From NCBI GenBank assembly GCA_019058015.1, contig JAHLWH010000089.1, positions 1 to 27,542 of the forward strand: DNA of 27,542 nucleotides, given 5' to 3'. The DNA is from Promethearchaeota archaeon. Its GTDB lineage: Archaea; Asgardarchaeota; Lokiarchaeia; Sigyniarchaeales; SOKP01. Each line of letters opens with the position of its first letter. Within the stretch, counting starts at the first letter, position 1. The translations under genes and the position numbers were made by a program. Under the pieces are notes generated by a model that made no database searches, was not told where the DNA came from, and saw only the letters and a program-made list of their open reading frames with translations. Shown in pieces: positions 18,254-27,320 of this stretch.

Positions 18254-18353
18254 AGAGGGGTAGGCTAGCCTGGTTTATGCTGCAGGGCTCATAATTGGTA
18301 TCTGCCATTAAGAAACCCTGAGATCGTTGGTTCAAATCCAACCCCCTCTACCA
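18254..18353 (+). tRNA. Initiator tRNA-Met(CAT) with a 21-nt intron at 37/38 (18294-18314); CCA encoded
   Basis: A1:U72 acceptor AGAGGGG/CCCCTCT, G11:C24, three consecutive G:C pairs in the anticodon stem (CAGGG/CCCTG), T-arm GTTGG-TTCAAAT-CCAAC, ends ACCA. Confidence 0.95.
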
Positions 18354-18476
18354 TTATTTTCAATTTTTCATGAAAAAAGAGAGAATTAAAAAATATTAAC
18401 AAAAGACTTTTTTTGAAATTAAAATTTAAATATACTAATTTAGTTTTTTCAACAGACTTTAAAATAAATTTAAACT

Positions 18477-20585
18477 ATGTCAATAAATTTAATTGAAATT
18501 TTATTAGAAATAGTGTTAAATCCTTTTTTTATAATATCCTCAATATTTTGGATAATTATGCTCATCATTATCATAGTATTCGGAAAAAAAAGAAAAGGAT
18601 TGATAAATATTTTTATTCCGTTATTTGCAATGATTGGAACAAAACGATTAAATAATTTCTTAAAAAAGATTTCTCGATGGCACCCCAAATTTTGGCGGAC
18701 TTTTTGGAGTATTGGTTTTTTTGTTTCTTTTTTTTTTATGATTTATGGAATTTGGTTTATATTTAATAATTTAATTTCTCTTATATTCAATCCATCAATT
18801 GAAAATGCTCTTATTCCATTGGTTCCTGGAATTACAGTTGATCTTCCGATATTTGCGTATTTAATAATTCCAATCTTGTTTGTCGTTACCATTCATGAAT
18901 TTTCTCATGCGATAGCTGCAGAGTCAGATAATATTGATGTTTTATCAACAGGAGTTTTTGCAGGAGGGTTATTTTATTTGTTAGGTTTTGGAGCCTATGT
19001 TGAAGTTGATGAACACACTTTAAATTCAAAACCAAGTTTATGGAAAACGCGTCTGAGAATAGCAGCAGCAGGCACATATTCAAATGCAATAATGGCTGGT
19101 ATTGGTATTTTACTCATATTAAATTTTACAACTCTGATTTCTCCTTTTTATGGACCTAGAGTGTTTCAAATTGATTATGTTTCTTATCCATATGAAGGAG
19201 GGTATAATTATAATAATTTAATCGAGGGAGATGTTGTGGTAGCGATAAATGAGACCTTAATTGATATTGACAATGGAATGTATTTAGACAATATATTAAC
19301 AAATAAAACTCAAATTAAATGTTCAGTTGGAGATTCTCTTAATTTTACCATTTATAATGTAGGTTCCAATTCATATTTATATAAGTCTGTTATTTTAGGG
19401 ATTTACAATTTTATTGGAATTTCTTATGAAAATATTTCAAATGGAGAATTAAGAATAAACCAAATATATTCCGTTCTTCAAGGAGGAAATAATTATGATA
19501 AAAATCTAACAGTTGGAACAATTATTACTAAGATTAATGGAACTCAAGCTGATGTATCCAATAATATAACAATAGATTATATTTTAACTCAAGTCCAACC
19601 GGGTGATTATCTTAATCTTACAGCAGATAACGGAGTATCCTATTTATTGGATGTTGATGCTGTACCTTTAGTTCCCGGGGCATTTATTTTTGAAAATTTG
19701 TATATGGGAATCCTTTATGAGGATCTAGGTAGTAATGATATTCATATTTCAAAGGTTTTTAATAATTTAACTGAATCTGGAATAAATGAGGGGATACTTA
19801 AGGAAGGTGATCAAATCCTTGAGGTAGAAGGGATTGATATACAATCGAACGAACATAGTTTTAAGAATATAATTGATAATTTGACTTTAAATCCTAGTGA
19901 ACCTATCAATTTTAAAATTAAACGAGACCAAGAAATTTTAGAAATTAATGCAAATACATTAGAAATTCCTACTAAGTCAGTTAAAATTGGCATATTTAGT
20001 AATGAGAATTATTGGATACCAAAAAATTTTTTATCTATTTGGTTTTCAGGCATATTTCCTTTTTATTTATTAAGACAACTTTTATGGTTTTTTGTTGTTT
20101 CTTTTAGTGTCACATTATTTAATATGTTGCCTCTTCCAATTTTTGATGGAGATCGAATAATTAAAGAGATTATTAATAAAATAATAGGTGAAAAATATGA
20201 TTCTACAGAAAATAAAACAGAAGAATTTTATTATAAACATGAGAAAAAAGAATATGCATTAAATAAATACAGAATAAACCAAATTAATTCATTAAAATTA
20301 AAAGTTGATGAAGGAGAAATAATTATTAGCCCAGATAAATATCATCTAACTGATGGAACTGGAGATGGATTTATTGATGCATTAACTCTAAATTTACCAG
20401 AAACATCTAAAATTAAAGAAAATTCCATTTTTGAAGTTAGTTATGAATATCAATTTGATAGTAAGAGTCCTACCAAGAAAAAATTAATAAATTCGATCAG
20501 GTTGATTATTACATTTGCTTTTTTGGCAAATATTATTTTATCATTTATGAGATTCGGGGATATTTTAAGTATATTTAATTTTTAA
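18477..20585 (+). CDS. Site-2 protease (M50 metalloprotease) with three PDZ-like repeats
   Basis: HEFSH zinc motif, GAYVE, RIAAAG..SN, FNMLPLPIFDG; repeated L..GD.I..IN/VEG segments. Confidence 0.92.
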   Translation: MSINLIEILLEIVLNPFFIISSIFWIIMLIIIIVFGKKRKGLINIFIPLFAMIGTKRLNNFLKKISRWHPKFWRTFWSIGFFVSFFFMIYGIWFIFNNLISLIFNPSIENALIPLVPGITVDLPIFAYLIIPILFVVTIHEFSHAIAAESDNIDVLSTGVFAGGLFYLLGFGAYVEVDEHTLNSKPSLWKTRLRIAAAGTYSNAIMAGIGILLILNFTTLISPFYGPRVFQIDYVSYPYEGGYNYNNLIEGDVVVAINETLIDIDNGMYLDNILTNKTQIKCSVGDSLNFTIYNVGSNSYLYKSVILGIYNFIGISYENISNGELRINQIYSVLQGGNNYDKNLTVGTIITKINGTQADVSNNITIDYILTQVQPGDYLNLTADNGVSYLLDVDAVPLVPGAFIFENLYMGILYEDLGSNDIHISKVFNNLTESGINEGILKEGDQILEVEGIDIQSNEHSFKNIIDNLTLNPSEPINFKIKRDQEILEINANTLEIPTKSVKIGIFSNENYWIPKNFLSIWFSGIFPFYLLRQLLWFFVVSFSVTLFNMLPLPIFDGDRIIKEIINKIIGEKYDSTENKTEEFYYKHEKKEYALNKYRINQINSLKLKVDEGEIIISPDKYHLTDGTGDGFIDALTLNLPETSKIKENSIFEVSYEYQFDSKSPTKKKLINSIRLIITFAFLANIILSFMRFGDILSIFNF

Positions 20586-20602
20586 TGTAAAATAAGTAAA
20601 AA

Positions 20603-21562
20603 ATGAAATGTAGCTATTGCGAAAATAACAGTATATATCACAGAAAACATTCTGGTGAAAATTTATGCGGTAATTGTTTTAATAAATCTATTGAGCACCA
20701 AATCTATAAAACGATTTCTAAATTTAAAATGTTGAAACCACAAGATAAAATAATCCTAGGTTTATCTGGTGGGAAGGATTCGATGGTACTTCTATGCAAT
20801 TTAATTACGATACAAAAAAAAATTCCTAATTCTCCTTCGATTATTGCATTAACAATTAATGAAGGTATTTCAGAATATAGAGAGAAGTGTATAATAAAAT
20901 CTAAAGAATATTGTAAAATAAACAAAGTCAAGCATAAAATTATTTCATTTAAAGAGAAATTAGGAAAAAGTATGTATGAAATTTTGGAAATTTATAAAAA
21001 TAATTATGGAAAAATTTATCCATGTAATATATGTGCAACAATTAGACGCCATTTGCTCAATGATGAAGGAAAAAAATTAGGTGGAACCGTTTTAGTTCTA
21101 GGACATAACTTGGATGATGTTTCTCAAACATTCTTAATGAATTTTTTACGAAAAGATTTTAACAAAATTTCAAGAATGAATCCATTTCTTGAAGAAAATA
21201 ATAAAATATACATGAAAAAGATAAAACCTTTAATGAAAATTCCCGAAAAAGAAATTCTTCTGTATGCTCAAAACAAAGAGTTAAATTTTGTTAATGTTCC
21301 TTGCCCTTATAAAATAAAATACCCGATTTTACGTAAAAGAGTGCAATCATTTCTAAATAATTGTGAAGAATATAGTCCTGAAATAAAATTTAACCTCTTC
21401 AAAGGCTTTGTGGAATTATCTGATATTTTATGGGAATATAATAAAAAATTAAGGGGAAAAAAAATTAACTTTAATACTTGTAAAATTTGTAATCAACTTT
21501 GCGGAAAAAATAGAGAAATCTGCCTTTTTTGTGAAATAAAGGAAAAAATAGCTCCTTATTGA
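20603..21562 (+). CDS. tRNA 2-thiolation protein (TtuA/Ncs6/CTU1 family)
   Basis: N- and C-terminal Zn fingers, SGGKDS, CNIC...RR, GHNLDD, CPY. Confidence 0.92.
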   Translation: MKCSYCENNSIYHRKHSGENLCGNCFNKSIEHQIYKTISKFKMLKPQDKIILGLSGGKDSMVLLCNLITIQKKIPNSPSIIALTINEGISEYREKCIIKSKEYCKINKVKHKIISFKEKLGKSMYEILEIYKNNYGKIYPCNICATIRRHLLNDEGKKLGGTVLVLGHNLDDVSQTFLMNFLRKDFNKISRMNPFLEENNKIYMKKIKPLMKIPEKEILLYAQNKELNFVNVPCPYKIKYPILRKRVQSFLNNCEEYSPEIKFNLFKGFVELSDILWEYNKKLRGKKINFNTCKICNQLCGKNREICLFCEIKEKIAPY

Positions 21563-22539
21563 AATAAATATTTACCCAACTTTTTTAGCTGTTCATAACC
21601 CCTTATCTCAGTATCAAATAGTGGAATTTCTATTAAATTAAAATCATCTTCGTAAAGATATCTAATTTCTTTTAAGTTCTTCAACTGCATATTGCGTCGA
21701 GATTGGCAAAATTTGCAATCAATAGATTCTGGGAAAATCTGGTTAACAATTATATTGGAAAAGGGGATTTCATATTGATAAAGGCCACTTAATAATCGCT
21801 CAGTTTCATAAAGAGCCATAGCCTCCGAGATCATAACAATAACAAAGGATGTTTTTGAAGGATCCTTTAATTCATCCCTAGCTTTTACTATTGAATTCTT
21901 TAATTTTTTAAACATTTCAAATGGATCTTCTCCTGCCACTTCTGTTTTTGAGAACATTTTTTTAAACATACCAAAAATTTTGCCTAATTTCAAACGCAGA
22001 GAGATTAGTTTGCCAATCCAGCCAGATAAAAGATCTGGTAGTGCAAGAAGGCGTAAAGTATGTCCTGTTGGAGCTGTATCAAAAATTACCAAATCATAAT
22101 CTGATTCTGTCTCAATAAATTCTAAAACTTTTCCAAAAGCTATTGCCTCATCTATTCCTGGAGGATTCATGCTCGCAAAACTTCCTATATCTTCCATAAA
22201 AGGCAGAGAATTTCCAAAAGGCATAGATTCAAGCGGATTTACATTCATAGCTGATTGATATTCATCCAGATTGATTTTAGGGTTTATTTCTAAGGCATAT
22301 AAATTACTAACATTTTCTACTTGAACTGTTTCTCCTTTTGGTAATTTTTGATCTAAAGAATCCCCTAAGGAATGTGCTGGATCAGTACTTATTATTAATG
22401 TTTTTCTGCCATGCTCTGCAGCCCAAATTGCTGAAGCAGACGAGATGGAGGTTTTCCCCACTCCGCCTTTTCCACCAAAAAGAATGAATTTATTTTGACT
22501 TAATAATGATTTTAAATTTTTTTTCAAAAAAAGAAACAC
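21556..22539 (-). CDS. Get3/TRC40/ArsA-family ATPase (Get3-like, single domain)
   Basis: GGKGGVGKT, STDPAHSL, PGIDEA, FDTAPTGHTLRLL, YETERL, NQ...CKFC..R..MQ. Confidence 0.92.
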   Translation of the reverse strand: MFLFLKKNLKSLLSQNKFILFGGKGGVGKTSISSASAIWAAEHGRKTLIISTDPAHSLGDSLDQKLPKGETVQVENVSNLYALEINPKINLDEYQSAMNVNPLESMPFGNSLPFMEDIGSFASMNPPGIDEAIAFGKVLEFIETESDYDLVIFDTAPTGHTLRLLALPDLLSGWIGKLISLRLKLGKIFGMFKKMFSKTEVAGEDPFEMFKKLKNSIVKARDELKDPSKTSFVIVMISEAMALYETERLLSGLYQYEIPFSNIIVNQIFPESIDCKFCQSRRNMQLKNLKEIRYLYEDDFNLIEIPLFDTEIRGYEQLKKLGKYLFQ

Positions 22540-22821
22540 CTTCTAAAATTATTAATTTAGAAATGGATTTTATATCCATTTATACTATATTTCTCAAATT
22601 TTAAGTATTTAAAGAGTACATTTTTATTTATTATTTGGCTTTTCCTCTCAAATGCCTTAAATCTGAATTTTACAATAAAGATATTGTAGATAAATTTAAT
22701 TATAATTTTCAAGAATTTATAAGCAGGAAAATCATAATAAAATTTAATTATTGTAAGAGAATTGATTAAATATATTATAAAAAAATAGATATGATAAACT
22801 CTTTTCAAATATTGAAATTTT

Positions 22822-24081
22822 ATGCCAAGTTCAAAAGAATTCATTGAAATGGATTTAAAATATGGTGCTCATAATTATCATCCCATCCCTGTAGTAATAT
22901 CAAAAGCAGAAGGGTGTTGGGTATATGATCCAGAAGGTAAAAAGTATCTTGACTGTTTATCAGCATATTCAAGTCAAAATACAGGTCATTGTCATCCTGA
23001 AATAATAAAAGCATTGAAAGAGCAAGCTGATAAAGTTACTCTAACTTCTCGAGCATTCCATAATGATATGATGGGACCGTATTTAAAGCAATTATGTGAT
23101 ATTGTCGGACCACATGTGGATGATCCAAAAAACTCAGGGATAATGGCTCTACCGATGAATACAGGTGCAGAAGCAGTGGAGACTGGTTTGAAAGTCGCAA
23201 GAGCATGGGGTTATATAAAGAAAAAGATACCAAGAGGAGAGGCGAAAATTATAGTATGCGGTGATAATTTTCATGGTAGAACAATTACAATTGTAGGATT
23301 AAGTACGGATATTCAATATGCAAGATATTTTGGGAATTTTGGTCCTTTTACGCCAGGATTTATAATTATTCCTTACGGAGTCGCACAAAAATTAGAAAAT
23401 ACAATCTTAGAAATTGGTCCCGAAAATGTAGCAGCATTTTTGGTTGAACCAATACAAGGAGAGGCGGGAGTAAAAATCCCTCCAGAGGGATATTTAAAAA
23501 AGATTAGAAGAATTTGCACTAAATATAATGTTTTATTAATGGTTGATGAAATACAGACTGGTTTATGTAGAACTGGTAAGTTTTTCGCGTGTGATCATGA
23601 AAATGTTAAACCAGATATGTTTCTACTAGGTAAAGCACTTGGAGGGGGAGTATATCCAGTTTCGGCAGTTGTAACAACAACTGAAATTATCGGTCCAGAT
23701 GTAATAACTCCAGGAACTCATGGAAGTACTTTTGGTGGTAATCCTTTAGCAGCTGCAGTTGCTATGAAATCATTGGATATTCATATTAATGAAAATCTCG
23801 CAGAACGAGCAAGAGAGGTTGGAGCTTATTTTATTAAGGAATTACGAAAGATTACAAATAAAAAAACCAAAGTCCCAGTTAAAGAAGTAAGAGGGAAGGG
23901 ATTATTAATCGCCATTGAGTTTAAGGGAGATGTAAGACATTTCGTAGAGAACCTAAAAGAAAAGGGAATTCTAGCGAAGGATACTCACTCAACAACTATT
24001 CGTTTCGCTCCACCTTTAATAATTACCAAGGAAGAAATTGATTGGGCATTGAAGATAATTGAAGATGTAATTGTTGAATGA
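22822..24081 (+). CDS. rocD: Ornithine--oxo-acid aminotransferase
   Basis: GAHNYHPIPVV, LSAYS, LTSRAF, PMNTGAEAVE, EPIQGEAGV, DEIQTGL, GKALGGG, HGSTFGGNPLA. Confidence 0.95.
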   Translation: MPSSKEFIEMDLKYGAHNYHPIPVVISKAEGCWVYDPEGKKYLDCLSAYSSQNTGHCHPEIIKALKEQADKVTLTSRAFHNDMMGPYLKQLCDIVGPHVDDPKNSGIMALPMNTGAEAVETGLKVARAWGYIKKKIPRGEAKIIVCGDNFHGRTITIVGLSTDIQYARYFGNFGPFTPGFIIIPYGVAQKLENTILEIGPENVAAFLVEPIQGEAGVKIPPEGYLKKIRRICTKYNVLLMVDEIQTGLCRTGKFFACDHENVKPDMFLLGKALGGGVYPVSAVVTTTEIIGPDVITPGTHGSTFGGNPLAAAVAMKSLDIHINENLAERAREVGAYFIKELRKITNKKTKVPVKEVRGKGLLIAIEFKGDVRHFVENLKEKGILAKDTHSTTIRFAPPLIITKEEIDWALKIIEDVIVE

Positions 24082-24154
24082 ATATCTCATAATCTAATTT
24101 TCTTTTCCTAACTATTTTTTCTATTTTCAAGGAGATATTAAACTAAAAAATAAG

Positions 24155-25060
24155 TTATTTGTATATATGTGTTCCTGCTTTTCCCTCCAATGCTGTTTTA
24201 ATATTTTCAATTGATGTTACAATTGCCCTTTCTCCACCAGATTCTATAAAGCTAATAACAGCTTCTATTTTTGGGCCCATACTTCCAGCTGGGAATTGAC
24301 CTTCCTTTAAATACTTTTTTGCTTCCGAAATTGAAAGCTTATGTAAATTCCTTTGATTTGATTTTTTATAATTTAAAGCAACATACTCAACATCAGTTGC
24401 AATTAATAGAATATCTGCTCCAACTTGTTCGCCCAGTTTTGCACTTGCAAGATCCTTATCAATAACGGCTTCTACTCCCTGCAATCGTTTACTCTCTTTT
24501 ATAACTGGAATTCCTCCGCCACCACAAGCGATTACAATAAAATTTTCTTGCATCAATTTTTTTATTTCACGCCATTGATAAATCTTAATTGGTTTCGGTG
24601 AAGGAACAACCCGTCGCCATCCTTTTGGAGTTTTTACAAACCCAGACCTTGGTTCTGAATAAACAGGTCCGATTGGTTTCGTTGGGTGCTTAAATGCTGG
24701 ATCTTCAGGATCAACTTGTACATATGTTAAGACGGTAAGAAATAGTTTTTCAACATCAATATTAAGGTGCATAAGTTCCTCGTCTAAGGTTGATTCGATC
24801 ATATAACCAATTTGTCCTTGGGTTTCAGCTACTAAAATCCCCAGGTGTCTTTTTATGACTTCACTAGTTCCCTCTTGTTGCAATAGAAGGTTTCCAACTT
24901 GAGGTCCATTTCCATGTGTGATAATGATATTATATTCCTTTGATAATTCTGCAATTTGTTTAATTGGAGTTCGTAGATTTCTAAACTGTTCTTCAGTAGT
25001 TCCTTCTTCTCCAAATCTTATTAGCGCATTTCCACCAAGCGCAACAATTAAAGTTTTCAT
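24155..25060 (-). CDS. arcC: Carbamate kinase
   Basis: ALGGNAL, THGNGPQVG, QGQIGY, PTKPIG, WRRVVPSP, GVEAVIDKD, GSMGPK. ATG at 25060. Confidence 0.96.
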   Translation of the reverse strand: MKTLIVALGGNALIRFGEEGTTEEQFRNLRTPIKQIAELSKEYNIIITHGNGPQVGNLLLQQEGTSEVIKRHLGILVAETQGQIGYMIESTLDEELMHLNIDVEKLFLTVLTYVQVDPEDPAFKHPTKPIGPVYSEPRSGFVKTPKGWRRVVPSPKPIKIYQWREIKKLMQENFIVIACGGGGIPVIKESKRLQGVEAVIDKDLASAKLGEQVGADILLIATDVEYVALNYKKSNQRNLHKLSISEAKKYLKEGQFPAGSMGPKIEAVISFIESGGERAIVTSIENIKTALEGKAGTHIYK

Positions 25061-25095
25061 AACAATTTTTCTCCAAAATGTATGCAATTCTTTTT

Positions 25096-26028
25096 TTAAA
25101 ATTTGTCTAGTAAAAATAATATTATTGCTTTTTGCGCATGCAAGCGATTTTCTGCCTGATCAAATACTATAGATTGAGAACCGTTAATAACATTGGTAGT
25201 CTGTTCATATCCTCGCATTGCGGGTAGACAATTCATGAAAATTGCATCTAATTTTGCTGCTGACATAACATTGGAGGTTACTTGATAAGGCATAAAAATT
25301 TTCTTTCTTTCTTCTTCTTGCTCTTCTGGAATTCCATAAGACATCCAGGAATCGGTATAAACAATATCAGATTCCTTTGCGGCTTCCATTGCATTATCAA
25401 TTATACTTACTTCGGCTCCAGTATTCCTTGAAAGTTCTGCAACCTCATCCAGAACTTCTTGTTCAGGGGAATATTCGACACTTTTGGGACAAGCAACATC
25501 CATTTTTAAACCAAACATTGCAGTCATCCTCATAAGGTCATAGGTAACATTATTATGAGCATCTCCAAAATATGAGAGTTTCAAGTCTTTAAGACGATTT
25601 TTTTTCTCTTTAATAGTTTGAAAATCGCTGAGGATTTGACAAGGGTGGGCGAAATCATCCAACATATTTATAACGGGAACATCTGAATGTTTTGCCAGAT
25701 CACGAATATCCTCCCTTTTAAAAACCCGGGCAGCAATTAAATCAACAAATCTTGAGGCAACTTTTGCTGTATCATGTATATTCTCTTTCTTTCCAAGAGG
25801 AGAATCTTTTATTGAATAAAAAATTGCATGGCCACCAAGTTGTTCCATTCCCGTTTCAAAAGAAATACGAGTTCTTAAAGATGGTTTCTCAAAAAGCATT
25901 AAAAGGGTTTTGTTTTTTAAAATAGTACTATAATTTTCCATATTTGCCTTGATTTCAATTGCTTTATTAATAATTTTCTCGGATTCCTCTTTTGTGAGAT
26001 CAGAGATCTTTAATAAATGTCGTGTCAT
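25096..26028 (-). CDS. arcB: Ornithine carbamoyltransferase (likely catabolic)
   Basis: FEKPSLRTRISF, HPCQ, GD..NNV, YTDSWMSY, NCLPA, QAENRLH; directly upstream of carbamate kinase. Confidence 0.93.
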   Translation of the reverse strand: MTRHLLKISDLTKEESEKIINKAIEIKANMENYSTILKNKTLLMLFEKPSLRTRISFETGMEQLGGHAIFYSIKDSPLGKKENIHDTAKVASRFVDLIAARVFKREDIRDLAKHSDVPVINMLDDFAHPCQILSDFQTIKEKKNRLKDLKLSYFGDAHNNVTYDLMRMTAMFGLKMDVACPKSVEYSPEQEVLDEVAELSRNTGAEVSIIDNAMEAAKESDIVYTDSWMSYGIPEEQEEERKKIFMPYQVTSNVMSAAKLDAIFMNCLPAMRGYEQTTNVINGSQSIVFDQAENRLHAQKAIILFLLDKF

Positions 26029-26129
26029 TTTTTCCACCACCAATTTCATTAATCTTGAATATTTATTATCATAATTTTTCCACTTTAATTATTAACTTGA
26101 GTTATACCATAATTTCTTTATTTAAATTT

Positions 26130-27320
26130 TTACTTTAAATCTTCTGCTTGATAAAAATTTCGATATAATGAAAGATCTTCAAGAATTTCATTATCTTGAG
26201 AATTAATTTTTCTAGTTAAAAGACGACTTAGAAGTTCTCCCACCCCAGGACCAAGCATAAAGCCTTGTCCACACATCCCAACAGCGTTAATATATCCTTT
26301 AAGGCCATTAACAGGTCCAATAATAGGATTTCCATCAAGAGTCATAGGGTATAATCCACGCCATGTTCTTCTTACTTTTATGTTACGCAAACGAGGTAAA
26401 AGTTTAACCATCCGCTTTGAGATTTGCGGTAAGAAGGAACTTGTTTCTCTTCGATCTGTGCCGAGTTTGCTTGGATCAGGAGTAAGGCAGAAAATAATTT
26501 GTCCTTCTTTATTCTGATAGAAATAATAATTTTTTGAATTTCCAAATTTAGGATCTATGCAGGGTTGTATATCAACAACCATAGGTGAAAAAAATTTTTT
26601 AATAGGTTCAGTAATTCCAGCTTCATGAGAATCAGGTTGCACGGGTATATCGATTCCAGTCATTTGGCCAATATTCTTTGCAAGTGCCCCAGCTGCGTTA
26701 ATAATGTTTTGTGTTTTATAGGTGCTCTTTGTAGTTTTAACAGTAGTTACTTTCTTATTATCTTTTAAAATATTAATAACTTTTTCTTTAAATTTATATA
26801 CTGCCCCCCAATTTATTGACTGCCGATAAAAGGAATGTAAGGCTAATAAAGGGGAAGCATTTCCATCTTTAGGGCTAAAAGTTCCTCCCAATAACCCTTG
26901 ATCATTAATACCAGGTATAAGTTCCTTAATTTTTTCCGCACCAACATATTCAATATTTAAGCCATATTTTTTTTGAAGATCAACAGTGTCTTTTAGCAAT
27001 TTCTCTTGTTCTTCTGTAAATGCTATAAAAACATAACCCCCTTCATCCCACCAAATATCATCCCCGTACTTCTTTTTCCAAGTAGAAAAGATTTCTATGG
27101 ATCTTTGGCAAATCCAGATTTTACTTTTTTGTGAATGAGTTGCTCGAATTCCACCAATTGCGTGTTTATTGTCGCCTTGAGCAACAGAAGGTAATACTTC
27201 AATAACGAGTGTTTTAAGTCCATCATGAGCTGTGGCTAATGCAGTTGGAACTCCAATACTCCCCGAACCGATTATAATTACATCATATTCTATATTTATC
27301 CTCCTCCTTTGTTCGAGCAA
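26130..27320 (-). CDS. FAD-dependent oxidoreductase, DAO/sarcosine oxidase beta/proline dehydrogenase beta family (start uncertain)
   Basis: YDVIIIGSGSIG, GGIR, INAAG, R.W.GLY..T.DG.PIIG, G.CGQGFMLGPGVG. Confidence 0.9.
   Translation of the reverse strand: MLEQRRRINIEYDVIIIGSGSIGVPTALATAHDGLKTLVIEVLPSVAQGDNKHAIGGIRATHSQKSKIWICQRSIEIFSTWKKKYGDDIWWDEGGYVFIAFTEEQEKLLKDTVDLQKKYGLNIEYVGAEKIKELIPGINDQGLLGGTFSPKDGNASPLLALHSFYRQSINWGAVYKFKEKVINILKDNKKVTTVKTTKSTYKTQNIINAAGALAKNIGQMTGIDIPVQPDSHEAGITEPIKKFFSPMVVDIQPCIDPKFGNSKNYYFYQNKEGQIIFCLTPDPSKLGTDRRETSSFLPQISKRMVKLLPRLRNIKVRRTWRGLYPMTLDGNPIIGPVNGLKGYINAVGMCGQGFMLGPGVGELLSRLLTRKINSQDNEILEDLSLYRNFYQAEDLK

Noticed and set aside
22557-22844. 95-aa minus-strand ORF in the get3/rocD divergent spacer
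   Set aside because: Extremely AT-rich F/I/K/Y/N composition, overlaps the rocD start, and most likely is promoter DNA.
7087-25172. Remaining short antisense ORFs in the track (e.g. 7087-7362, 8368-8652, 10349-10609, 12611-13009, 18470-18688, 23036-23233, 24271-24465)
   Set aside because: All lie opposite confidently identified genes and show no motifs.
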